Origin: Candidatus Acidiferrales bacterium
Lineage (GTDB): Bacteria; Verrucomicrobiota; Verrucomicrobiia; Limisphaerales; UBA11358
Assembly (NCBI GenBank): GCA_035499615.1
Contig: DATJYM010000341.1
Span: forward strand, 1 to 61,472
Length of the DNA stretch: 61,472 nt
Reading direction: 5' to 3'
The notes beneath the pieces are model-generated. The model was not told the origin of the DNA, ran no database searches, and saw only the letters and a program-made list of their open reading frames with translations. Positions 28,681 to 37,177 of this stretch are shown piece by piece. Position 1 is the first letter of the stretch. Every line of letters starts with the position of its first letter. The position numbers and the translations under genes were made by a program.

Positions 28681-30015
28681 TCAGGGTAAAACCAACCATA
28701 ACAAATAAATCATCAACATCGAGACCAGCCCCATCAGCAGCGAAGCGACGGAATAGACCCTCAGCATGGTTTTTATATCCAACCCGGAGAATTTGGTTAT
28801 GACCCAAAAGTAGGCATCGTTCACATGGGAAATCATCATGGAACCCGCGCCCATGGACAGCACGGTGAACAATTGGCCCTTCGCCGTCTCCAGGCCCAAT
28901 GCCGGCAGCAGAGGTTGGATAATGGACGTCGCGGTGATAATAGCGACCGTGGACGACCCCTGTGCTGTTTTCAAAACCGAGGTGATCAAAAAAGGAAGCA
29001 AAATGCCCAGACCATTCAACGCCGATTCCTGGCCGAAGTGCCGGTCGATATGGGTGGACGCCAGAACTGCCCCAAAGGCCCCGCCGGCCCCGATGATGAC
29101 CAGGATGCCGCCGGCTTTTTCCGCCGCTTCCTGTAACAAATGTCCGACAGTTTGTCTTTCCCAGCGCCGATGGCAATTAAATGCCAATAAAACGCCGATG
29201 GCCAGTGCCATTACCGGATCACTCAACGAAAGCAGCGCGGAAAGCCACCAGCCTTTCACGGCGGACATCTGTATGGTGAGAAAAGATCGGCCCGCAATCA
29301 AAGCGATCGGCACGACCACGGGCAGAAACGCCTTAATCACCGAAGGCGGTTGTGACGTTTCTTCGGCCAGAATTTCCTCTGCGCCGAGCGTCACAGTAAT
29401 TTTTCTGCCGGTGAAATTGGCCCAAAGATAACCTGCCATTGTGGCTGGAATCGCTACCAGAATCCCGAGCGGAATCAATTTTCCGAAATCCACACCGAAC
29501 ACGCTGGCAGCGGCAGTTGCTCCCGGATGCGGCGGAATCAGGCAATGGACCGAATATAAACCAGCCGCCAGCGAAACCGCCATCGCCGCCATGGAGATAC
29601 CGGTTCGCCGGGCCAGCGACCGGTTCAATCCGCTAAGTACGATGTATCCCGAATCGCAAAAAATGGGAAGACCCACGATAAAACCCGTGATGGTGATTGC
29701 CAGAGTCGCATGTCGTTCGCCCGTTTTTCGCAGAATGAAATCCGCCATCACCCTGGTGCTGCCGGTGTGTTCCAGCACAACCCCCAGGGCCGTTCCCAGA
29801 ACGATGATCAGCCCCAGAGACTTCATGATATTGCCGAAGCCTTCCTTGATGGCATTGATCAGATCCGGCATTGGAATGTGAGTGCCCAATCCCACCACAA
29901 ACGAAGCGATCAGAAGGGCAAAGAACGCATGGAGCCGGTATCTCGCCGTCAGCAGGATGATGACAAGAACGCCGGCAGCCAGACAAATCAACAACCCGGG
30001 CAGAGAAATGGTCAT
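28681..30015 (-). CDS. GntP-family sugar-acid (gluconate/glycerate):H+ symporter
   Basis: 444 aa and polytopic, with a typical GntP N-terminus (LLTARYRLHAFFALLIASFVVGL) and SHVNDAYFW near the C-terminus. Confidence 0.85.
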   Translation of the reverse strand: MTISLPGLLICLAAGVLVIILLTARYRLHAFFALLIASFVVGLGTHIPMPDLINAIKEGFGNIMKSLGLIIVLGTALGVVLEHTGSTRVMADFILRKTGERHATLAITITGFIVGLPIFCDSGYIVLSGLNRSLARRTGISMAAMAVSLAAGLYSVHCLIPPHPGATAAASVFGVDFGKLIPLGILVAIPATMAGYLWANFTGRKITVTLGAEEILAEETSQPPSVIKAFLPVVVPIALIAGRSFLTIQMSAVKGWWLSALLSLSDPVMALAIGVLLAFNCHRRWERQTVGHLLQEAAEKAGGILVIIGAGGAFGAVLASTHIDRHFGQESALNGLGILLPFLITSVLKTAQGSSTVAIITATSIIQPLLPALGLETAKGQLFTVLSMGAGSMMISHVNDAYFWVITKFSGLDIKTMLRVYSVASLLMGLVSMLMIYLLWLVLP

Positions 30016-30025
30016 GGACCTTGAT

Positions 30026-33000
30026 TCAATGGCGATTTAGTAATTTCCAGACACGCAACGCCTCGGTCGCGCCCCACGCCTGCGCGTCACATCCGCGTGG
30101 TGTATGCGGCGCATCGCCATCCAGAATTTCAGGAATCTGGCCGAGGCAGCCTTCGTTCATCAATTTTTCCATACTGCCCAGATAGGCTTTCGCAGTGGCC
30201 ACTGCATCCGGGTCAAAATCCCACGCGCGGGCAAGCGCTTCACAGAAAATCGGAAACGTCCACGTCCACGCTGTACCGTTGTGATAAGCCGGTTTGCGGC
30301 GGGCATCTTCGTGGCCTTCATAACGCGGCCAATACGGCTCGACCGGGTTGTTCAAAAGCCCGCCGTCATTGCCGCGAACCGGCAAGGGTACGGACACCGG
30401 CAGCGGCGCCAGCGAACGTACGCCGCCGGGCACAACCAGATATTTCCGAGCTGCTTCGACGCAGCGTTTGGCGCGTTCGCCCGTCACCAGGCCGAGGCTA
30501 ACGGGGAAAAGACAGTTGCTGCGAAGGGCATCGCTGGGTGTGGCATCACGGGCAATGACCCGCGGTCCGGCAAACAACACATCGGCGAACCAACCCCGGT
30601 CTCCCAGCCAGTACAATCTTTCAAACGAAGTGGTCGCCTGGTTGGCCAGATTGCGCCATTTTCCCTGTTCGGCGGGTGCGGAAATCCTTTCGAGCTGGCG
30701 CAAAAGCCGAATCCACAAAACCTGGATCTCCACCGGATAACCTTCGCGCGGTGAACCGGCAGGATGGTTCGTGTCCATCCAGGTGAAGTGGCCCGGGCTC
30801 CAGATCAGCGCCGAATCCGCGTCCATGCCAATGCCGTTGGCAGTACCGTGCGAATAACTTCGCGCGATGCTCGCCAGGACCTCGCGGAGGGTGCGGCCGG
30901 TGTCAACCGGCGCTGAATAAAAATCGTCAGGCGCCACTTGTGAAAAATCATCACAAGCCAGGGCGAACCACAGCGGCGCATCAGAGGTGTCACGGTTCGC
31001 GGTGTCATCGCCGTAAATCGCGTTGGGCAAAGTGCCATCTTTTTCGAACTTCGCGAATGTGAGCAGGATTTGCCTGACGTCCTCGGTCATTCCATCAGCC
31101 AGCAGACCACGCGCACAGATGAGCGTATCCCGTCCCCAGTCCAGAAACCAGGGATAGCCGGCGATGACCGTTTTGCCCTGGTCACGGCGGACGACAAATT
31201 GTCGGGCGGCATGGAGAAGACGCTTTTGAAACTGACTTTCTTGAGCACACCCCTCGCCCCGTCTCTCTCCCTGCGGGTCGGAGAGGCGGTGGCCGGGGGC
31301 CGGGTGAGGGGATTCATCCCTTTCTGCTGTTACCACGAGCGTAACGTTTGCGCCTTTGGGCAATGGAATTTCAAACCAGCCCGGACTGTAAGCGTCACCA
31401 CTGCCGGTCTGGCCGCGGCTTTGCTCGACCGGATGCGGAATGTTCTCACACCACTCCGGCTGCGGATGATATTCGCCGGCATCCGCGAACACGCGCAGTT
31501 GACGATCGGGCGCCGGCGTGAACGAAAAACCAGTCGGAGTGACGCACCCTGCCTCGGCCAAAGTGTGTATGTTGTTCGAAAAATGGTAATCCGCATCGCC
31601 GTTGCGTTTGGTTTCCTGGTGGAAATTCCGATCTTCGATGTCGAATCGCACGGTCAGTCGCACATCGGCATCCGCCGGCAATTGTTTGCCACTGGCGCGT
31701 TCGGCAGTCGGCCGGCTGAACTGCAGTATCGTCGTGTTTTTGTCCGCGGGCATTTCAGCGCCCAACTGAATTTCGACGGTGCGCCCGTCGCCGGCGTCGG
31801 CGACGAACTGCCAGACAGCCGGTGGGCCCGCCTGGAACGATGACAGGCTTTTTGCGTCGAGGGGCGAAAGAAAACCGTCGGCATTCACCCAGGCCCGGAT
31901 GCGTTTGACCAAAACGTGGCGGTCCACCGGCACACCCGGATGCAGATTCGCACCGAGCACACAGTCGTATTTGGAGTTGACCCGGCCCAGGTCCACGCAA
32001 AGGCGTGCCATGCCGCCTCTGCCGTTGGTCAGCAGCACGAGGTCCTGCGGTCCCGGATTTCCGGTTTCGAATTCCGGTTCTACCGGGAGAAAACGGAGAG
32101 CCGCGGAGACCCTTTGCGAAGTCGCGGCGTAACGTTCCAAAACCAAATCAGCCGCCGCAGCCTCCGACCGCGGCGGGAAACAGGCGACATAGCTGTTGCG
32201 AACGGCGATGGATTGAACATGTTGCGGCGTCGGCCCTGTACCATTCCCGTTTCTGATTTTCAGCGTGGCTCGAAATGGCGCGCTTTCTTCAATCAGCAAC
32301 CAATGGCCGGGCGGCACCGGTGTAATCCGACGATGGTCGAGCAAGGTCCACACGATGACGCGTGAATAAACTGACTGCGATTCACAGTCGGATAACAATT
32401 GGGATAAGGGTGTTTTGGCGCCACACGCAGCAAACGCGGCGGCCGCGGCCAGGAAATCTTTTGGCGAGCGTTCCACTTGTTCGGCGAGTTGGCGCCAGTC
32501 GGCATTGTCAATGGCTTCGGCCGGGACAATTTTGCCCAGTACCGCCGTGGCCCAGGCGGCTTGGGCGCGGAGGCGACGGTAGGTGTCGCCGTTCAATCCA
32601 TGTGGTGGCAAGGTTGGCGCCAGGCAATAACATGTCCCCGCCGGCAGGCTGATCATGATTTGGTCACCGGCCACAACCATTTTCGGCAACGGTTGGCCGA
32701 GTAATTCAAATTCACAAGCCCGAACCCATGGTTCCGGGTTCGTGAAGGTGATGGAGTTTTCCGTCTCGACATCGGTGTTGACCAGGACGAGAACCGCATC
32801 CTTGTCTTCGGCGGATTCCCGCAACAAGGCATATACCGGCGAATCCGGTGCACTCAAACGTGTGAGCTTTGCGCCATCAAAGAAGCAAGGATGGCTGGTC
32901 AACAGCCGGTTCAATTGCGCCAGATCGGGGACCAGGTTGTCGGGACTGTCCCAGGCCAGTCCAGTGCAGTCGTGAACCTTGATTTTCTCGGCCGCGAGCC

Positions 33001-34375
33001 ATTCCACGCCGCAGGTGAAACCGAACCCGCCGCTGAGGCTGGTCAAGGCGCAGAGACGGTTGCGCAGCAGCGACCACGCGCGGCCACGTTTGGCGAGCCG
33101 TTCATTGTCATGCGTTTCGCTGTAATGCAGGTAAAGCCCGACGCGCGCGCTTTGGCGTAACGCGTAGTCAAGATAAGTGGCTACCTCCCGCCCGGAATAA
33201 TTTTGAAACAGTTCGGAGTAAGCCCATTGCATGCCCCCTTCGGTGAGCAGATTTTCCGTGGCTTCCCAGGAACCCCCCAGACCTTCGAGCAAAAAGATGG
33301 CCTCGGGGAATTCCTCCTGAACGCGGGCGATGATGTATTGCCAGGCGGGCACGGGAATTTTGTAGCCGGCGTCGCAGCGATAACCGTCCACCCCGCGGCG
33401 GCACCACGTGACCAGCGCCTCTGCGATAATATCCCAGAGCACCACGCCGTCCTGTTTCAGTTCCACCAGATCACCCCAGGTGACGCCCCAGGCCCCGGGG
33501 CTGGCAAAAGCACCGCTGGGGTCGCGCAGGAAAAATTCAGGATGATTTTCCTGCAGGACGGCCCCCCAGCCGGTGTGATTGATCACGATGTCCAGAAATA
33601 CCCGTGCCCCGAGCGCATGGGTCGCAGCGGTGAGCTCACAAAACTGATCAATCGCGGTGGTACGATGATCAAACTCGGCGAGCGCCGGGTCGATGGCCGT
33701 CAGATCCAGCGCAGCGTACGGACTGCCAAATCGCCCGAACCGCGCGTAAGTTGTCGGCGTGGGATGCACCGGCATCAAATGCAGGATGCGACAACCGAGC
33801 GTTTGTACAATGTGCGGCAACTGCCGGGTCAAGTCGCGCAATTTGCCGGAGGGTGGAATAACGGTGTAGCCCTGGGAATCGAAGGGCGCGAGCTGAAAAT
33901 TCAATTGTGGGTCCACGGCAACCGCTGCGGCCCGCGTCGCTCCGAAAAGCCGGGTGAAGGCGCAGTAAACGGTATTCGCCGTCCGGCAAAAATCCGGATG
34001 AACACTGATGCCCACGTCGGGTCCTTCCGGCCAGTGCTGCCAGCCTCGGGCGTCCAGCACATAGGGTTTGGCTTTAAAAAAACCGGCCTCGGCGAGCGGC
34101 AATTCGATTTCCCAGGCGTCGCCATTTTTTTGCATGGGTATGTCGTGCCAGGAAGTCCCGGCCTGACCGGTTCCCCCGGCATGGGCGGCTATAATTTCGC
34201 GGCGCCGGGCCGGGTTGCGGCCGAGGTTGGTCCGAAGCAACCCTCGCCAGCCACCGGGTGTGCCCCCCGTCGGGGCCGGTTTGGGGAGCGGCGGGCCGGC
34301 ATGCAATGTAAAACGGACGCGATCACCCACAAAACGCACCAACCGTTCACCGGCGGCGGGCGTCATGATTGGCAT
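30026..34375 (-). CDS. Fusion of a GH13 alpha-amylase-family catalytic domain and a C-terminal amylo-alpha-1,6-glucosidase (GDE_C/GH133) domain; eukaryote-type glycogen debranching enzyme architecture
   Basis: The tracked ORF runs to a TTG at 34498. In-frame ATGs lie at 34438 and 34375; I prefer the latter because a GGAGAGG lies just upstream, but the start is uncertain. GH13 motifs are VFLDIVINHTGW, GYRCDAGYKIP, IFLLEGLGG and HYSETHDNERL. GDE_C motifs are GYPWFLDWGRDTLI and YHNGTAWTWTFP. Confidence 0.75.
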   Translation of the reverse strand: MPIMTPAAGERLVRFVGDRVRFTLHAGPPLPKPAPTGGTPGGWRGLLRTNLGRNPARRREIIAAHAGGTGQAGTSWHDIPMQKNGDAWEIELPLAEAGFFKAKPYVLDARGWQHWPEGPDVGISVHPDFCRTANTVYCAFTRLFGATRAAAVAVDPQLNFQLAPFDSQGYTVIPPSGKLRDLTRQLPHIVQTLGCRILHLMPVHPTPTTYARFGRFGSPYAALDLTAIDPALAEFDHRTTAIDQFCELTAATHALGARVFLDIVINHTGWGAVLQENHPEFFLRDPSGAFASPGAWGVTWGDLVELKQDGVVLWDIIAEALVTWCRRGVDGYRCDAGYKIPVPAWQYIIARVQEEFPEAIFLLEGLGGSWEATENLLTEGGMQWAYSELFQNYSGREVATYLDYALRQSARVGLYLHYSETHDNERLAKRGRAWSLLRNRLCALTSLSGGFGFTCGVEWLAAEKIKVHDCTGLAWDSPDNLVPDLAQLNRLLTSHPCFFDGAKLTRLSAPDSPVYALLRESAEDKDAVLVLVNTDVETENSITFTNPEPWVRACEFELLGQPLPKMVVAGDQIMISLPAGTCYCLAPTLPPHGLNGDTYRRLRAQAAWATAVLGKIVPAEAIDNADWRQLAEQVERSPKDFLAAAAAFAACGAKTPLSQLLSDCESQSVYSRVIVWTLLDHRRITPVPPGHWLLIEESAPFRATLKIRNGNGTGPTPQHVQSIAVRNSYVACFPPRSEAAAADLVLERYAATSQRVSAALRFLPVEPEFETGNPGPQDLVLLTNGRGGMARLCVDLGRVNSKYDCVLGANLHPGVPVDRHVLVKRIRAWVNADGFLSPLDAKSLSSFQAGPPAVWQFVADAGDGRTVEIQLGAEMPADKNTTILQFSRPTAERASGKQLPADADVRLTVRFDIEDRNFHQETKRNGDADYHFSNNIHTLAEAGCVTPTGFSFTPAPDRQLRVFADAGEYHPQPEWCENIPHPVEQSRGQTGSGDAYSPGWFEIPLPKGANVTLVVTAERDESPHPAPGHRLSDPQGERRGEGCAQESQFQKRLLHAARQFVVRRDQGKTVIAGYPWFLDWGRDTLICARGLLADGMTEDVRQILLTFAKFEKDGTLPNAIYGDDTANRDTSDAPLWFALACDDFSQVAPDDFYSAPVDTGRTLREVLASIARSYSHGTANGIGMDADSALIWSPGHFTWMDTNHPAGSPREGYPVEIQVLWIRLLRQLERISAPAEQGKWRNLANQATTSFERLYWLGDRGWFADVLFAGPRVIARDATPSDALRSNCLFPVSLGLVTGERAKRCVEAARKYLVVPGGVRSLAPLPVSVPLPVRGNDGGLLNNPVEPYWPRYEGHEDARRKPAYHNGTAWTWTFPIFCEALARAWDFDPDAVATAKAYLGSMEKLMNEGCLGQIPEILDGDAPHTPRGCDAQAWGATEALRVWKLLNRH
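31250..31311. repeat. GC-rich nested imperfect palindrome lying in-frame inside the GH13-GH133 gene
   Basis: Read directly: CCCCTC(31250-55)/GAGGGG(31306-11), GCCCC(31256-60)/GGGGC(31296-300) and CTCTCC(31265-70)/GGAGAG(31280-85). It encodes the low-complexity stretch SPHPAPGHRLSDPQGERRGEG. Confidence 0.4.
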
Positions 34376-34574
34376 GGGCCTCTCCACGGGCGGCTTTTTA
34401 GCACGAAAAGAGGAGAATTTAAATCGTAAAAGTGGCATTATGAATGCCTTTAATTGTGGATCTGCGTACCACGGGAATTGGCCGCCTACAACGTTCAAGC
34501 TGGCAGGAAAATTGCTGAAAAAGTGTGTCTTACCGCATGTGCTGGGTGAGAATTACCGTGGTGGATTTCGAGGC

Positions 34575-35423
34575 ATGGCTATCGCGACGTTAAATGCAAG
34601 TGAAGAAGCTCAATTGCAGCAGACAATTGAGATGTTTGAAGTCATTGTCCAATCGCAGCCGAACGATTGTCAGTCGTTGGAAATTCTCAAGGAGGCCTAC
34701 ACCAAACTGGGTCGCGAACCGGACATCGTCAACACCTCCAAGCGCATCGCGCAGGCTTACCTGCAAATGGGACAACTTTCTTCGGCCATTTTGGAATACG
34801 AGACAGTTTTGCAGCGCCGCCCGAACGACACCGATGTGCAGTTGGCGTTGAAACAGATCGAGGACAAGGCCAACAACGTGGCCGTACAACAAATCGTGGG
34901 CGTGGAGCCGACGGCACTGACGCCTTCCTCCGACACGGCTCGATTCCGAAAGAAAACACGCACGGCGGAAGAAGTAGATGACGGCCGGAAGGCGATGCAT
35001 AAAATTTTCGTTGAAGGCCGCCTGATCAATGCCGGCGATTTCGATTTGTCGTGGCGATCGCCGGATTTGACCCAGCCGCCCACCGACGTGATCGAACCTT
35101 TCATTCACGCGCTGGCGGAAAAAGGTGTTTTGCCGGTCGAAAAATCCCTCAAATTGCTGTCCGACAAATCGCGTCTGGCCTATCTGCCGCTCGACAAATA
35201 TGAGCTGGACATGGAATTGGCGCGAGGTTTTCCCATGGCGGTTTGCCGCCGCTGGTGTCTGCTGCCCTTCGATCGGATGAGCAAGGGAATTTTGGTGGCG
35301 ACGGCGAATCCATTCAACCAGCAAGCAGCCAAGGAATTGTCCGAGACCACCACCAACCGGCTGCTCTGGTATCTGGCGTCACCGGCCGAACTGATGCTGC
35401 ATATCCGCAAAGCCTTCCGTTAA
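34575..35423 (+). CDS. TPR-like N-terminal domain fused to a T2SSE_N (GspE/PilB N-terminal) domain, with no ATPase domain
   Basis: The tracked ORF starts at 34215, inside the divergent GH13-GH133 gene. I use the ATG at 34575 (MAIATLNASEEAQLQQ...). The C-terminus, AYLPLDKYELDMELARGFPMAVCRRWCLLPFDRMSKGILVATANPFNQQAAKEL, is the GspE_N fold signature. Confidence 0.65.
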   Translation: MAIATLNASEEAQLQQTIEMFEVIVQSQPNDCQSLEILKEAYTKLGREPDIVNTSKRIAQAYLQMGQLSSAILEYETVLQRRPNDTDVQLALKQIEDKANNVAVQQIVGVEPTALTPSSDTARFRKKTRTAEEVDDGRKAMHKIFVEGRLINAGDFDLSWRSPDLTQPPTDVIEPFIHALAEKGVLPVEKSLKLLSDKSRLAYLPLDKYELDMELARGFPMAVCRRWCLLPFDRMSKGILVATANPFNQQAAKELSETTTNRLLWYLASPAELMLHIRKAFR

Positions 35424-35427
35424 GACC

Positions 35428-37164
35428 ATGGCCAAAGTCAAATCATTCGGAGAACGCATCGCCGACGCCCTGGTCGAGGATGGCTTGTTGACTTCCCAAC
35501 AGGTGGAATCGCTCCTGGAGGAGCAAAAGAAAGGCGGCACGCGGCTCGTCAAACTGATTATCGAGAAAGCCTATGTCAGCGAACAGGATTTGACGGTATC
35601 CATGGGCCGGGTCCTGAATGTGCCTTCCGTCAACCTCGCCCGACTGAGCGTCCCCCTCGAAATTGCCGATCTCCTGCCGCGGGAAGCCGCGCACAATTAC
35701 AAGGTGGTTCCCGTATCCCGGCTGGAAAACAAGCTGTTTCTGGCGATGGCCGACCCGTTGAACGTACTCGCCCTCGATGACGTCAAGCGCCTTACCCGCC
35801 TCGAGATTGCCCCGCTGATCGCCTCGGAAAAAGCCATTTTGGACAAACTGGCTGCCATCGATTCCGCCAAGGGCAGTTCGATGGAAGACATCATTCAAGA
35901 CGCGGAAAAACTGCGCGAGAGTGAGGAGGACGCTTCGATCGAAACGATTAAAGAGACGCTCGAAGAGGTCAATCTCGACCAACTGGCCGCCTCCAGCGGA
36001 GAGGCGCCGGTTATCAAGCTCGCCAACCTGATCGTCGTTCAAGCCATCAAGGATCACGCCAGTGACGTGCATCTGGAGCCGTTCGAAAAAACGATGCGGC
36101 TGCGCTATCGCGTTGATGGTGTGTTGATTGATGCCACCCCGCCACCCAAGCAAATGCAACTGGCCCTGGCTTCGCGCTTCAAAATCATGAGCAGTCTCGA
36201 CATCGCCGAGCGACGCTTGCCGCAGGACGGCCGCATGCGGGTGCGGGTCAGCAGCAGGGACTTCGACTTGCGCGTTTCCGTGCTGCCCACCGTGCACGGT
36301 GAAAAAATCGTGTTGCGCGTACTCGACAAGACCAATCTTTCCGCGAGCATCGACAAACTCGGACTGGATGTTGAAACCTTCAAACAAGTCAAGGCCGCCA
36401 TCGAAGCACCGCACGGTTTAATTCTCGTTACCGGCCCGACCGGCTCGGGCAAAACCACGACGCTTTATTCCGCGTTGAACGAACTCAACAATCCCATCTA
36501 CAACATTGTTACCGTTGAAGACCCGGTGGAATTTCAGGTTCCCGGCATCAATCAAGTGCCGACCAAAAAGGAGATCGGCCTGACTTTTGCCAACGCCCTC
36601 CGTTCCATTCTGCGCCAGGATCCGGACATCATCATGATCGGGGAAATCCGGGACACGGAGACCGCTGAAATCGCCATCGAAGCCGCGCTCACCGGCCACC
36701 AGGTCCTCAGCACCATGCACTGCAATGACGCGCCCGGTGCCATCGCCCGCCTGGATGACATGGGCATCGCACCCTTTTTAATCTCTTCGTCGGTGATTCT
36801 TTCGTGTGCCCAGCGCCTTATCCGCCGCATCTGTCCGCACTGCAAAGAACCGGTGACGTATCCTGCTCGGATGTTTGAAGATCTCGGCATCGATCCCGCC
36901 TCGCTCAATGGCGCGCAACTTTACCGCGGACGCGGCTGTGAACGCTGCAAGAATTCCGGGTACAGCGGGCGCATGGCCATCATTGAAGCCATGACCATCT
37001 CCGATCAAATCCGCAAACTCATCATTGCCCGCGCCAACACGCGGGAGTTGGGCAAGGTGGCCATCAGCCAGGGCATGCGCACCTTGCGAATGGTCGCACT
37101 GGACCGCGCGCGCGAAGGCCTTTCCACGCTGGAACAAGTCATGGTGATGACCTCGTCACACTGA
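35428..37164 (+). CDS. pilB: Type IV pilus / type II secretion assembly ATPase (PilB/GspE family) with an MshEN-type N-terminus
   Basis: 578 aa. Walker A is GPTGSGKTTT, with Asp box/Walker B (IIMIGEIRD), His box (TGHQVLSTMH) and tetracysteine CPHCK...CERCKNSGYSGR. The N-terminus is discussed in the findings. Confidence 0.85.
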   Translation: MAKVKSFGERIADALVEDGLLTSQQVESLLEEQKKGGTRLVKLIIEKAYVSEQDLTVSMGRVLNVPSVNLARLSVPLEIADLLPREAAHNYKVVPVSRLENKLFLAMADPLNVLALDDVKRLTRLEIAPLIASEKAILDKLAAIDSAKGSSMEDIIQDAEKLRESEEDASIETIKETLEEVNLDQLAASSGEAPVIKLANLIVVQAIKDHASDVHLEPFEKTMRLRYRVDGVLIDATPPPKQMQLALASRFKIMSSLDIAERRLPQDGRMRVRVSSRDFDLRVSVLPTVHGEKIVLRVLDKTNLSASIDKLGLDVETFKQVKAAIEAPHGLILVTGPTGSGKTTTLYSALNELNNPIYNIVTVEDPVEFQVPGINQVPTKKEIGLTFANALRSILRQDPDIIMIGEIRDTETAEIAIEAALTGHQVLSTMHCNDAPGAIARLDDMGIAPFLISSSVILSCAQRLIRRICPHCKEPVTYPARMFEDLGIDPASLNGAQLYRGRGCERCKNSGYSGRMAIIEAMTISDQIRKLIIARANTRELGKVAISQGMRTLRMVALDRAREGLSTLEQVMVMTSSH

Positions 37165-37177
37165 TGGGCGTCACCGG

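Noticed and set aside
33203-34429. 408-aa plus-strand ORF
   Set aside because: It is antisense to the GH13 half of the debranching-enzyme gene and has no motifs.
35443-36414. 323-aa minus-strand ORF
   Set aside because: It is antisense to pilB, whose Walker and T2SSE motifs are unambiguous.
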